A stretch of 61,485 nucleotides of DNA, counting the filler, from Globobulimina sp. (Eukaryota), in the NCBI GenBank assembly GCA_003354225.1. It is 24 parts of 24 records of this genome, joined end to end, with 100 filler letters (N's around TTAATTAATTAA, not from the genome) between each part and the next. Parts side by side here need not be neighbours in the genome. Positions count along the whole stretch, not along the records: positions 10,271 to 12,737 come from PIVH01006526.1; positions 12,838 to 15,304 come from PIVH01006527.1; positions 15,405 to 17,871 come from PIVH01006528.1; positions 17,972 to 20,438 come from PIVH01006529.1; positions 20,539 to 23,005 come from PIVH01006530.1; positions 23,106 to 25,572 come from PIVH01006531.1; 18 more parts are not named here. One strand, 5' to 3'. A program made the position numbers and the translations under genes. Below the pieces are notes generated by a model. The model saw only the letters and a program-made list of their open reading frames with translations, made no database searches and was not told where the DNA came from. Of the stretch, positions 10,711 through 23,390 are shown piece by piece. Numbering within the stretch: the stretch's first letter is position 1; every line of letters starts with the position of its first letter.

Positions 10711-12393
10711 TTTAGAGTCGCAAAGTATGGATATTGTATATGTTCCGCTTGTAATATGAGAGGCAATTTGCATTACAAATATATAATCACCGGATGGCAC
10801 ATCATCTAATTCAAATATTCTGTCATTGTCATTGTCATTTTGTAATAACATATCTGGATAGTTTTGGTTGTACGCAGTTATGCTTTGTATTAATATGTGA
10901 GACTCAGTCGCATCAAACATCAAATCTCCATCCTCTGACATACTGACCGCAAATGATAAAGATGGGAAATCCAAATCGCGCGAATTCGAATAAAAACCGG
11001 TGATATGGTCATATGCATCATCGCCACATTCAAATTGAGTGTTTCTGGTCGGATGATTTGTGGGATGCCATTCTATTAATAATGGCTCTGATGTCGGCGC
11101 TTCCGCTGTGGGATGAAAAGCTAATTTTGTTGGTTTGAGTGTAGGCCTTGGTGTTGGTTCAGGTGTTGGCTGTTTCGAAGGTTTGGGCGTTGGTTCCGGC
11201 GTTGGTTCAGTGGCTGCGATTGGTAATGGTTTGGAATTAGAACTTAATGCAAATATGGCTCGATTTGGTGAGTCTGACTTATCGGTGATACATATATTAT
11301 TATACATAATTTCTTGTTGGATTTGGAACATTTTCATTTGATTCCATTCGTCTAAAAACCAAATATTGTCCGGCAAACATGGTATATTTCTATGTTGGTC
11401 GTGCTGCGAATCAAAATCGATGAGATATAGATGGATATTATCCAAATATTGTAGTTGTTGGTAATCGCAAATGTTATAAATATTTGTGTCAGTCAGACAA
11501 TTTGATAAAATAATTGCTTTTTGTTGTGATTGCTTGATATCGCTATAATATGCAAATTGTTTTAATATTTCATCGACATATTTGTAACCAATCAATAAAT
11601 CGTCATTTTCCTCATCAAATTGACACTTTCCATGTTTTAATATTTGATATAAAATGTTAATATTATTATTATCATCAATGTCGGCGTCGGAATTATAAAC
11701 AATATCATTTAAATTAATTTGTGTAAGATCATCAATTTTGTTTTTAGCCACATATTCGAGCCATGAGATGCGTGGATTGCCATTTTTCTGTTTGATGGAA
11801 CTCAATAAATCGACAACAAATTCCCTTTGGAACTCGCATTCTGTTTTTGATGTAGAACATGTTAAATCGATTAAAAACACTAAATCCAAATTATATGATA
11901 AATCGCAGAGAAGCTCTGGAGACTGACAGTTGAATGAAATATTAATGCCAATCTCGTTGCAAATAAGTTCATTCTTTTCATTTACTGAGATATCGATATC
12001 GATATCGGACGCAATTTTATCATGTATTGAATTGAAACATATTTCAAATTGAGAGCTCGAGGCATCATCAAATGCAATCAATTCGAGATCGAGATCATCA
12101 TTGCCAGCAATCACAGAACAATTATTATTCTCTATGGATATTGTCACTGAATCTGCTGCAAAATATTGGGTAACGCTGCAATTATTTCTTACAATATATT
12201 CAACGCAATACGGCGAATCGACGGTGCTATGTTCAATGTCATCCACTTCCACTGATAAACAATTACACTGTTTGTGTTGCAATGGCTTTGTGTTTAATTT
12301 TAATATTTAGGCATTGTTATGGATTAATTACAAAACTGTAGCATCGGCGGATGATGTTTGGATGAGCAACAATGGAATAAATAGCCAACGCAT
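10327..12393 (-). CDS. Secreted vWA-like domain protein with mucin-like PT(K/N) repeats
   Basis: Signal MRWLFIPLLLIQTSSA starts at 12393 and joins ORF 10327..12282 through a probable short intron. LDLVFLIDLTCS is a degenerate MIDAS. PTEP and NPTKNPT repeats follow. Confidence 0.7.
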
Positions 12394-12603
12394 TGTTAGT
12401 TGCAAACTAATGGAGAAAAAAAAAGGGTTTTTGATGATTTTATAATTAACTACTCCACAGTTTTCCAATTGCATGAAAGATAAATGCGATCTGATTGGTG
12501 AGGATCAAATAGTACAGACTAATGTTGCAAGGGCTCTAGAACCACTGTGTTCGTCTCATCTTCTCGTCTCGATTAGAAACTGTAAATAAAGATCGTATTG
12601 TAT

Positions 12604-12712
12604 TATAAATAAGGATTAGACGAACATTTACTTAAGCTTTTTCTCTAACAATTCACAAATGATTAAAAAAAGTTGATCATGAGCAAAATCAAGGTCAAAT
12701 AGGAAAACTCTA
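12604..12712 (+). repeat. Dispersed repeat, copy 1 (109 bp)
   Basis: Identical to 20539-20647 apart from one substitution. Confidence 0.92.
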
Positions 12713-12919
12713 TTGAATGTGTCTGGATCCTAATAAANNNNNNNNNNNNNNNNNNNNNNNNNNNNNNNNNNNNNNNNNNNNTTAATTAATTAANNNNNNN
12801 NNNNNNNNNNNNNNNNNNNNNNNNNNNNNNNNNNNNNGTTTTTAAAACATGAACAAATTTGGTTGTGATGCAAGTAAGTAACATAAAGGAAAATATACTA
12901 TGGCTATGATGGTCAATAA

Positions 12920-14214
12920 TTAATCATTGATTTCTGTCAATTCACAAGTTTCATTACCAACTGATTTTGCTTTCTTTTTTTTGGTGTATACAGTCCAACA
13001 ATACTTTACACAAAAAATACATCCAAATCCCCAAAACCACAAAAAAATACAACAAATTATAAATACGATCAATAACGTTAAATCATCAGCTTCTCGGATA
13101 TCGACATCATTTTCAATATCATCGTCCGGGGCTTTAGTAATAGCGGGTTGATCATGAACATTTGAGGATAAATCCATTGCGATGTACATCGCATCAGCTA
13201 CCATAAGAAAGTCCGTTAAACAAATTTCCAGATACGGCGAATGACTCTCATTCATAGGATCGCTGAAACTATCATCCAATTCAAAATATAGTATTTGCTC
13301 CAATAAACCATTAATTATTGTCTCTAATTGTTTGTCAATAAATTTTAAAACTTCTTTTATAACTTCATCTTTTATTACTTTTTCAATATCCACAAACGAA
13401 CCAGCAATCTCTAACCATGTTTCACAATCTTCAAAATTAAATGTAGTCACACCTTCAACTATCCATATTTGCGATTTATCGGTTTCAATGCGCAGTATAC
13501 ATAACTCATCGTGCAATACATGGACATTCAGACTCACATTCCAATTTGATATATTTGGGGTTGTATATCCAGTGCATAATGGTTTATATCTACCCAGCGG
13601 CAATTTTTTATCCACTTCAAACTTAAGACAGTGCCGGAATTAAAATAATGAATTTTATATTTATAATTAGGCTCTTTTCGTAAAAACGTTAAATAGATCC
13701 AGCTTAAATAAGTGATGTTGTTCATGGCTTGCATTAAACGCTCCGACAATAAATAAATAGGTACAGAATCTTGAGATGAGCAACGCTTCTGTAGTACCTA
13801 TTTATTTATTGCCGGAGCGTTTAATGGAAGCCATGAACAAAATCACTTATTTAAGCTGGCTTTAATCTTATTTTAATTCCTGACTACCTTAAATCGTCTC
13901 AACATAATATCTAATTCCGCTATTTTAATATCCAAATTTTGGTTATTTTCATTGAATTCCGCTATTACCGTACCACTTGATACAGAGACAAAATTGATTG
14001 GGTCTAAATGAATTTGAATATCTGGGGTTGATACTGACACAGTTTTTACGTTTATCGTCTGCGACAATATAAAATCGTGCAATATTGGTAATGTGAGCAC
14101 CATCAGCATTTCTAGTCCCGTTTGATTTAATGCAACTTGTAAATCAGCACTGAATGTACCAAAATAACATAATATTGCGTAACAAAAAATAATTAAAACG
14201 CGGAGTGACGACAT
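12920..14214 (-). CDS. BPI/LBP (TULIP)-like lipid-binding protein with signal peptide and C-terminal TM, 2 exons (intron 13622-13887)
   Basis: Signal peptide, then QVALNQTGLEML resembling the BPI N-terminal motif. Splicing gives LRRFK|FEVDKKLP in frame. TM segment near the C-terminus. Confidence 0.55.
13699..13859. mobile_element. 161-bp foldback element inside an intron (66-bp arms, 3 mismatches)
   Basis: 13699-13764 is the reverse complement of 13794-13859 with 3 mismatches. Inner TACAGAA/TTCTGTA can extend the stem. Confidence 0.8.
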
Positions 14215-14360
14215 GTATAAGTTATGTTAAATGAGTAAACAGCGCACAAAACAGTGGCAAACACCAAGCAGTAAAAACAGATCTAATTTCATGCTTATAA
14301 TTATCAATTGACAGTAATAACAAAACAAATTAATACACAATAATTAAAATTATGACACAA

Positions 14361-15304
14361 TCAATATGTCAACGTCAAGGCTCGTCCCTTTTTTAGATCT
14401 CTTTTATACGTGAAAATAACCGCAAAAAATAGTAGTGCCACACTGGAATATATTCCAGGCCATAATATGAATATTGCCCACAAATATCCAACCGCATTCG
14501 CTAAGGGCGTCACCAATTGCGGCGAGAATCCGGCCCATGCGATCACGAAATAATACACCGAGATCAACGTAGATTTCATATAAACCGGGCTCAACTCTGC
14601 AACAATAGTCACCGTAATCGAAATCCACATTTCACTCACAAAATACATGCAAAACAACGACCAATAGCAATATGGCGGGCTTAGTAATAACATTCCAGCA
14701 GCCAAAGGTCCTGAAATTAGCGATGCAAACACCAATACCCATATTCTTATTGTCACTGTCGATTGAATAAATTGTGTGTCATTGCTACCTTTGCCATATT
14801 TTGTAGCTAATCTATCCGATATGGCACCACCTAACAAACACCCAATAGAGCCCGATACGGCAGGTATCCATCCTAACCATGACGCTATTTCTGTGGTACT
14901 TTGTCCTTTCTCGATTTCTAGAAAATTATTTGCCTGATACCCCCATACATAGCCACCACAATTCCTATACAATGAGGCCAGCAACAATAGAATCAATGAG
15001 GGCGATTTCATGTAATATTTTACCACAGATTTGATAGTAACATATTGCATTACAGCGGAGCGGCCAACAACGCTGGCTTCTGATTCGAATGAGCATGAAT
15101 GCAAATGGCGCGAATCAGTCAATTCGTTGGAACTGAAATCAATGTCTGCTTCAGATTGATGTACCTTATTATTTCCTCTCCGTTTGCTATTGCGCGTATT
15201 TTGCATTTCAGCGTCAAGTATTTCCTTAAATGGCTTGATTGGTTCCCTGTATTTCGGCAAACAAAAAACTAAGATGGCAAACGCTGCACTAAAATAACCG
15301 AAGA
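14361..15304 (-). CDS. MFS transporter (spinster-like), 5'-partial
   Basis: Multiple TM helices, GCLLGGAISDRL (MFS motif A-like) and IVAELSP. Confidence 0.85.
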
Positions 15305-15593
15305 NNNNNNNNNNNNNNNNNNNNNNNNNNNNNNNNNNNNNNNNNNNNTTAATTAATTAANNNNNNNNNNNNNNNNNNNNNNNNNNNNNNNNNNNNNNNN
15401 NNNNCAATTTGATTCAATAACACGACGAAATGGTGGTGTAAGGCGCCAAATATTGGTATATGATATTAATATATCTTGTTTCGGATTGATTCATTTGCTT
15501 TACTGCGGGTTGTGGATAGCAACGGCAACGCAGCTCAACATGGTCAGAATCAATGTTTAAATATTTAGTCTTTTTCAGTGCTTTAATTCGAAA

Positions 15594-17871
15594 ATGTTTG
15601 AATCTTGCAAGCCATGTCGCTGGTTTGCATTTGCTCTTATAATAAATGTAACGTATGGACTAGATAAACAGGAGGGAATATCTGAAAACTTCATCACTTT
15701 CTTCCCATTTCAACAGCTCATCTCCCTCATTAATGCAGATTTTTATGAAGACATCATATACGACTGTTCCTTATTAGATTTAGAGTCTTCTCAATGTGAA
15801 TCAGACTGTCAATATTACAATAATATAAGCGCATTATATTCGTATATTAATGAATTGATTGACAATGGAGAAAATATATTAAATGATTCATTAATAACAA
15901 ATATATCATCATGGTATGCCACGGGGAGTTCCGCCTTTAATTATTATGATGTTGGTAACCCATTACAATGCGAATATTATTACGGAACCTATTGTTACAC
16001 GCCAATCACTGTCAAATCAGATATCACATTATATCAACATGGGTTTAGTTAAATATATTCCTCTTCCATTTATATTTCATAGCATACCACCAAACAAAAT
16101 TAAACCACAACAAAAAAGATGTTGCATCCCAGGCTCTTGCAAAGGTTTGGACGCTGAGAAAGTTTTAGCAAATAATGCATTTTGTTTTGCCTCATTCAAC
16201 AGCACCATTTATAACAAAGTATATAAAAACAACAATATCTCCATCCTGGGCTATGAGTTAGATACAAATTTAAATATTCAATGTTCAGCAGACGCGCATC
16301 GCAGTTTTAATTCGATTGGAATATATCTTGTATTTGGTATATTCGCTGTGTTTATGATGTTGATATTAATGGCGAGTGTCATTAGAAACTATATAGGAGC
16401 AACACCTCAGGTAAACATGACAGAGCTGATTGCGGATAATATGAGCGAGGCTGACGCATTTTGTGCATATTTTGTATCAATATTTGCTATTCAGGACAAC
16501 TTTAATTTGCTTTTAGATCGAAGGAATGTGATAACATTCGAATATTTGGATGGTTTACGCGTGTGGAGCTTTGCATGGATATTATTCATGGCATCCATAC
16601 AAATATATTTTATTGTTGGTCTCAATGATATTGACGGTATTTTGCCACAATCGACGGTCAAAGGTGACTATATTCGCAGTGATTGGGATGAATATGTTAC
16701 AAAATCTGTGTTATCCGTGTTTGCAGTGCAATTCCCCATTGATACATTCTTTTGGTTGTCTGGCTTTTTAGGTGTGTTGAGTTTGCATAAAATATTAAAA
16801 CGACAGAATCCGTGCGCCGACAGTAAGAGTTCTGTGAGTGGAGGATGCTGCGCGTCCATATGTGCCTGGTTTTGTTGTTGCTGCGAATGTAAATACATTG
16901 GATGTTGTAAGATGATAACATTTACAATGAATTCATGGATTCGTAGGTATTTAAGGTACGTATCGGAATTAAATAACTTATATTATATAAATTGCATTAT
17001 AATTATTTAATTCCGACACTACTTTAAGATTAATACCAATGGTCATATATATAATGTTGATTACTGCCTATTTATTGGATCAGATCCCCTCTGGATATCA
17101 TGTCATTGATCGTAATATTTATAACAAATGCTGCAGCAATACATTTTGGAGCAATTTGTTGTTGATTAGAAATTTTTTCTCATTAATTAACGAAAATCAA
17201 TGTATATTTGGCTGTATGTCGCATATTTGGTATATTTGTAGTGATTTTCAATTATTTTTATTAGTGCCCATATTGGTGTATATTTATGATAGATTGCATA
17301 AGATGTTAGCGATGATCATATGTTTCTCCTTTGTGATTATTGGTATTGCAGTGCGATTATTTTTAGGTTTCTATTTTGAATTTAGTGCAAATGTAGTATT
17401 TGAAACAAATGAAAGCGTGAATGATGGCGATCAAATTTTAATGAGTTTTTATCAGCCATGGTCTCGGATTGGTGCTTATTATTTGGGCGTATTGACAATG
17501 TTTACATTTATGTATGTTGATGAATATTACAATGAAAATTCAGCATTTTCTAAAATTGATAATCAAATTTATTTGAAAACACAAAACTGGAAACAATTTA
17601 AATTAAAAAAATATCAATTTATGTTGTTACAAATTGCATCGATTGTGATAATATCTGCTTTGTTGGGGGTTCCATATCAAAATACAAAGAATCAACCAAG
17701 TAATCATTGGAATGAATGGCAAAATGCAATCTGGTATGCATTATGTCAGCCATTATGGTGTTTTGCGTTGTCATTATTGATATTTGCATTAAAATATCGA
17801 CCAATTAAACATATTGCTAAATCTGTGGGTGATGGCGGTGGGGTCGCAGTTACATGCGATGATGATGAAGA
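15594..17871 (+). CDS. NRF-6/OACYL-like membrane O-acyltransferase (Acyl_transf_3), 3'-partial (introns 16043-16118, 16956-17028)
   Basis: NRF-like YDVGNPLQC...GCCIPGSC, then YLDGLRVWSFAWI, IDTFFWLSGFL, RRYLRLIP, CMSHIWYICSDFQLF and YQPWSRIGAY. Confidence 0.9.
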
Positions 17872-17972
17872 NNNNNNNNNNNNNNNNNNNNNNNNNNNNN
17901 NNNNNNNNNNNNNNNTTAATTAATTAANNNNNNNNNNNNNNNNNNNNNNNNNNNNNNNNNNNNNNNNNNNNA

Positions 17973-19240
17973 ATGGCAAGTTTAGCAGAAGCAGTAGGCG
18001 GTGTATCTTTGCATACGGAGGCAAAATCAATTCGAGATTGGCAATCAGTCTGTGATCATGTCATAAAACGTTTGAATGGCATTACAATTGAAAGCAATGA
18101 GTTTTTAAAGTTATTCCAAGCATTGACAGAAACTTACAAACAATATGCTGAAATGTGCGATAATATGAGGAATGTCATAACCACACAAAAAGAATACGTA
18201 CAAGTTCCAGATTATCATGAAACGTATGTTTTTATTTTATTTTTTATTTATTATAAATTTATAATTTACAAATTATTTGACTTTTAAATAGAGCCATACA
18301 TCGCGGTTGTGATTTGATTCAAAAATGTTTAGATAAAATGTATAATTGTTATAATGAGTTATTTTGCGGATTAACAGAGGTTTGCAATCAAATCAGAATG
18401 AAAGAAGAAGAATGGCTGTTATTTGCAACTGAGATGATACCGTTTACGCAGCAAACAAAAGACTTATATCTGAAAAAAGAGAGTGAACTACAAACGACAA
18501 TGCATATTTATATGCAAGCGGCAGAGAACAACGACCGCGGCTTCTTTATTGTGGCAAAAGAATATGAAAAGAAATTGTTGCAATTTCAAAAAGTATTGAA
18601 AACATCAACCGATTCGATGCAAAATGTAATCTCCAAAGTGCAAGGAATAGAAAGTGAGAAAAAAGAATTTGAAACGCAAATTGAAAGAGATTTTATTGCC
18701 AAAGTACTCGATCAACAGAGCCAAATCGAAAATGTATTCCATTGCAGTTTGAAAGAATTGGAAAGTTTAAGCGGTGCCAATGCGTGGAACATATTGACGG
18801 CGAAACTGAATTTATACAAAGAAGATGGAAGCACAATCTTTGAAGACGCAGTGCCAAACAAAGCAGGCGCTTTAATTAAATCGTGGATGCAGAGGGATAT
18901 GGAAATGAATGCAAATATTAAATTAAATCAGGAGTCCGCAGCGGCAATGTTTCTGATTGTAACAAGATGGGGATTTGTGCAAATCTACAAAGATCGCAAT
19001 GATATTCAACCAAACTGCGAGTTTTATCTCTATGATTATAAGATTCAAAATGAAAACAAAAAGAATAATATCATGCATTCCGAATTGACCACATATTTAA
19101 TTATAAGACAACATCAAACGTTTGCGCCTCTCACCGGATTGACATCAACGTATAATGTTACATTTGAAGATCAAGAGACAAAGCATACATTTGACAATTT
19201 GGTGCATGAATTTCAAGCTACACATGCTCCTCAAACATAA
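17973..19240 (+). CDS. BAR-like helical domain plus PH domain protein (Slm1-like architecture), intron 18224-18291
   Basis: Long helical N-terminal half followed by PH-like FLIVTRWGFVQIYKD...P. The intron joins ORFs 17973..18287 and 18314..19240 in frame. Confidence 0.5.
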
Positions 19241-19823
19241 TTACTGTTATCTGACTATCTGCTAATTTATAATTGTAATTCTTTTGTAAAATAATTTAAT
19301 GAAAAAAAAAGAAATATTATTATTTATTGCATACTTAAGATAGTGGTATAAAACATGATTTAGTTTGCAATTATTTTCCATCATCATTATCTGCTAATTT
19401 ATAATACCTTGAAGAAAAATAATACCTTGATTTTATTAAATGCAAACAAAATAATATTACCACACATTCTCAGCTATCCACAGCTAGAATATGCGGATGA
19501 AATACAAGGCAAAAATCAAGAATATCGCACTTTATTATCGGAAAAATCTATGTTAACTATGAAAAAACAAGTTTCTATTAAATCATTGAAACAAATCCGA
19601 GAGGAAAAAGCACAGCAATATTTTGAAAATTTTACATGAATTGTTGCATAACATTTGTCCACTTTTTTGCAACAAACCTTATTTAAGAGTTTAAAATGTT
19701 ACATCCAATCAAAAAAAATGAAAAAATGAAATAATAAACTTCCTCATCGCATTTTTGTGGATTCAAAAATGTCAAAAACATCTTGATTGTTATTTCGAAT
19801 TCCATCACAACCTGTAATTTAAT

Positions 19824-20438
19824 TTACCATTTAGTCAGATTCCAACCTATTTTATTAACAATATCATTGATCCACGAATATATACCTTTGACATCATCAA
19901 TTTTTATAATATTATATTCGTACAAAGATATGTATAAATCCAATGAAATTTGTCCAATATTCACGTTATAAATATCTACATCACTACCATTAATTTTATA
20001 TTTGTGAGCAAAGTCATGCAAAAATGTTAATAATTGATGTGTTTGTAAATATAAAGGCAATTCCGATTGGAAATCGGCTAAATAATTATGATTATTTCTA
20101 TATTGATTGACTAAAACCGGGCAATACAATAATCTCCAATTTATAATCTCATTCAAATGCAAAATATGCAAAACAGTTTGAGCAAAATAGGAGCGCCAAA
20201 TGTCGCTGACTCGGCCATGGACAGTGATCGGTAAATATAAAAATAAAAAAGAGCGATAATCCCAAACTGTCATTTGTGCGTTGAATGGAATGTACAAATT
20301 ATTGTTTACGGCCACAGCAAAATTATTATCCTCATCTATTTCGAATATATATTCCATTGCGAAATCTTTGCCCTTTCTCCAATCAATATTTTTACCGATC
20401 AATCTCGCCAACGCATCATAATCTGGTTCGACATTGGA
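19824..20438 (-). CDS. STELLO (DUF288) glycosyltransferase-like protein, 5'-partial
   Basis: EPDYDALARL, PFNAQMTVW, LYLPITVHGRVSDIWRSYFAQ and QYRNNHNYLADFQSE. Confidence 0.88.
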   Translation of the reverse strand, partial: SNVEPDYDALARLIGKNIDWRKGKDFAMEYIFEIDEDNNFAVAVNNNLYIPFNAQMTVWDYRSFLFLYLPITVHGRVSDIWRSYFAQTVLHILHLNEIINWRLLYCPVLVNQYRNNHNYLADFQSELPLYLQTHQLLTFLHDFAHKYKINGSDVDIYNVNIGQISLDLYISLYEYNIIKIDDVKGIYSWINDIVNKIGWNLTKW

Positions 20439-20538
20439 NNNNNNNNNNNNNNNNNNNNNNNNNNNNNNNNNNNNNNNNNNNNTTAATTAATTAANNNNNN
20501 NNNNNNNNNNNNNNNNNNNNNNNNNNNNNNNNNNNNNN

Positions 20539-20647
20539 TATAAATAAGGATTAGACGAACATTTACTTAAGCTTTTTCTCTAACAATTCACAAATGATTA
20601 AAAAAAGTTTATCATGAGCAAAATCAAGGTCAAATAGGAAAACTCTA
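20539..20647 (+). repeat. Dispersed repeat, copy 2 (109 bp, at contig start)
   Basis: Near-identical to 12604-12712. Confidence 0.92.
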
Positions 20648-20688
20648 ATTACACAACATTGCACTGTTTATAAAGAACTTAAAAATAG

Positions 20689-21634
20689 TTATTTTGTTCC
20701 AATCATCACAGCAGAATTATCAGTATACACAAGAGAGGCACCACAAGTTTGAATATTATTGGTAGTCTTCCACGGTGGCACTTCATTATTCCCGTTCAAA
20801 TCAGTTATCCGAATGTTGGCAAATGTAAATGCCTTTTTATTAAACGCATTGCAATCTCGATAATTATAAAATTCTCCAGTAACACACGCCCAATTAAACA
20901 CCCTATAATCGCTTTGTATATTCAATACCGATGCTTGTCCATTATATGCTTCATACACAACTGCAACAGAGCCAGTTGAATAGGTATATGCGTCCACAGT
21001 TACTCCAGCTCGCAATTGCACCCCTTTACCGTACCAGGTCTCGCCGGCAGGGCAACAATTCCATGACGCCATGGTCCATCCGCGCGTATATGAATAGCCA
21101 CAACCTTGTGGACAGTACGCAACCACCGGCTGAATGATTGTTAGATTGTTCTGGTTCATATCCTCAAAACCAATGAAATAATACAAAATTTGCCCTTCAT
21201 TGCTTGGTTCCTCATCTGGGACAATATATTGTGCTGAAAAATTGCCCATTGCATTTGGTGTATTATAACTACCATAAATTTTCCAACCTATTTATTCCAA
21301 CAAGAATAATAAACGAATGGTAGAAATATTAACAAATAGTGTAGCAACTTTCAGCTGGACCAAATGATTTTTTGCTGGTTAATTGTCTCATATTTTCAAT
21401 ACATTCTGGTAACTGAGGATGGAATTCTTCGATGCCTAAGGAATGATAAGTAATGTGAACACCGCCTTCAATTTCTCTCAATGTATGATTGTTATGTTTT
21501 ACTTGATGTACGCATTGTTTTGGTCGAATGCCGTGTGGGGTAGCAATCATTCCTTGAGGCACTTCATCTAATCGTAATCCAAGCACATATGTAATTAACA
21601 CAGCATTCAATAGATGCAATAGGAACGTCGACAT
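20689..21634 (-). CDS. Secreted protein, glutamic peptidase G1 / concanavalin-like fold candidate, 2 exons (intron 21288-21333)
   Basis: Signal MSTFLLHLLNAVLITYVLG and propeptide-like TPHGIRPKQCVH. Then YYFIGFE, IIQPV, WTMASW and WACVTGE. Confidence 0.55.
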
Positions 21635-21966
21635 GGTCAATATTAATGTAAACAGTTTTAAATGGATTTTCTTTTGAGCTGACTTAATAGAAAATGGTTT
21701 AATAGGCATTTTTGCTTTACAAAAATCGTAAAATCTAATCTAACATCCTTAGCAAACCCCATTTTTACTACATTTATTACTTGACTCACTTTCTTCAATG
21801 CCACCGAGAGCAAATCTTATTGTGATCATTATATTTCTAAGTTTGTCATTGGATAATGAGAATAAATTGGATATTGGAACAGAGAATGAGTTATCATTGA
21901 TATTATATAAATATACCATCACAAGCCATTGGAAATATACATTATATAATTTTATAACTAGCAATC

Positions 21967-22021
21967 TTTGAATATGTCTCGTTTGAATCTGTCGTTTGAA
22001 TCTGTCTCGTTTTAATATGTC
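21967..22021. repeat. Short tandem repeat, about 4 copies of TTTGAAT(A/C)TGTC(TC)G
   Basis: Visible directly in the sequence. Confidence 0.7.
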
Positions 22022-22120
22022 TTATGGTTTGTTGAAAAAGTAGGCGTTTATGGTTTGTTTACCCCCTAAAAGTAGGTGCTATAAATTATAAATTACAAGT
22101 TATATATATATATATATCAA

Positions 22121-23005
22121 TTATTCATCAGTTTCTTTGATTTGTTTTATTTTGTTTGCAATCAATTTATTTTTTCCCACATTTGTCCATTTGATTGTAC
22201 CTTGTCTAACCACTACACCCCATATAACTGAAAATTGATTTTTATGTTTCTCGATAATATTAACTACTTTTTTACGATGACTTTCCGGCAAATATTCCAT
22301 TGTAACATACACGACCAAATCACCAAAATAATCATCACTTGTCATTCCCATCAATGATAAATTATGACCGATTGTACCCAATATAGCTGTTTGCTTTTTG
22401 GAGCATTCCAAACTTTGCTCTTGAAAATATTGTTTATCATGGAAATTTTTAGAATGATTTTTTAATCCGTTTGAAATCAAATCATTTTCATTTTCATTGT
22501 TTGTATTTGTTCCCTTCTTTTTCCCATTTTTTTTATCCTCTCTATGATCCTTTGCAAATAAACCATTTTTTGCTGCTGATATTGATGTGTCTTTTGTTGT
22601 CCCCATATTATATTTCTCTTTTTTTGCATCCTCAATTTGTTTAATTAATTTTTCATATTTCTTTGAAATTCGTTGATTTTTTAATAATTTATGTACCTTA
22701 CCTTGTTGTGCAGCTTTTTCTACGCGGCCAAAACTATAATAATTATATTTTCAAATTATATACAAATTATTCAAGTTATACACAAACATACAGAGCATCA
22801 TATGAGTTCGGGTTGCGATATGGCAAATTATTGGCATGCATATGTTCTGGCATGTTTTGCTCCTTTATCCAGTCACCTTTTTTCATTATTTGCGCAAAAT
22901 TCTTTAATATAAAAAAATCAATCATTGCTTCAAACTCACATTCATTAAAACGAACACCCGATGTATCATATGTAGGTGGTACATCATCGCTAATTACATT
23001 ATGTT
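22121..23005 (-). CDS. Hypothetical Lys-rich protein, probably spliced and 5'-partial
   Basis: ORF 22121..22606 extends upstream in frame (QRISKKYEKLIKQIEDAKKEKYN). A further coding-like stretch lies near the contig end. Exon structure unresolved. Confidence 0.35.
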
Positions 23006-23390
23006 NNNNNNNNNNNNNNNNNNNNNNNNNNNNNNNNNNNNNNNNNNNNTTAATTAATTAANNNNNNNNNNNNNNNNNNNNNNNNNNNNNNNNNNNNNNN
23101 NNNNNAATAATATGTATAAATAACATTGTTTGCAGGTATGTTATTTGCTTCTAGAAGAGATCCATATTTTGCAGCTCTTTCTTCATGCTCGGTATACAAC
23201 AAAAAATCACGATTGGTGTATTGACGTTGCCATGTGATGGGTTACAGAATCTATACCAATTTGCTGTTACAGATTTTTGCAAAAAGTAGGACAGGTTCTT
23301 TTACAAGAGATTGTCGCTCCTTTTAGTGAAGTAATCTAAGGAGTAAAAAGTAAAAAAAACAAAACAAAACACATTACAAAAAAAACCATG

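Noticed and set aside
10293..10766. Gln-rich 157-aa ORF
   Set aside because: Alternative-frame translation of the PT tandem repeats of the vWA gene.
19409..19639. 76-aa ORF between the BAR-PH and STELLO genes
   Set aside because: No ATG start, no motif, and an AT-rich context.
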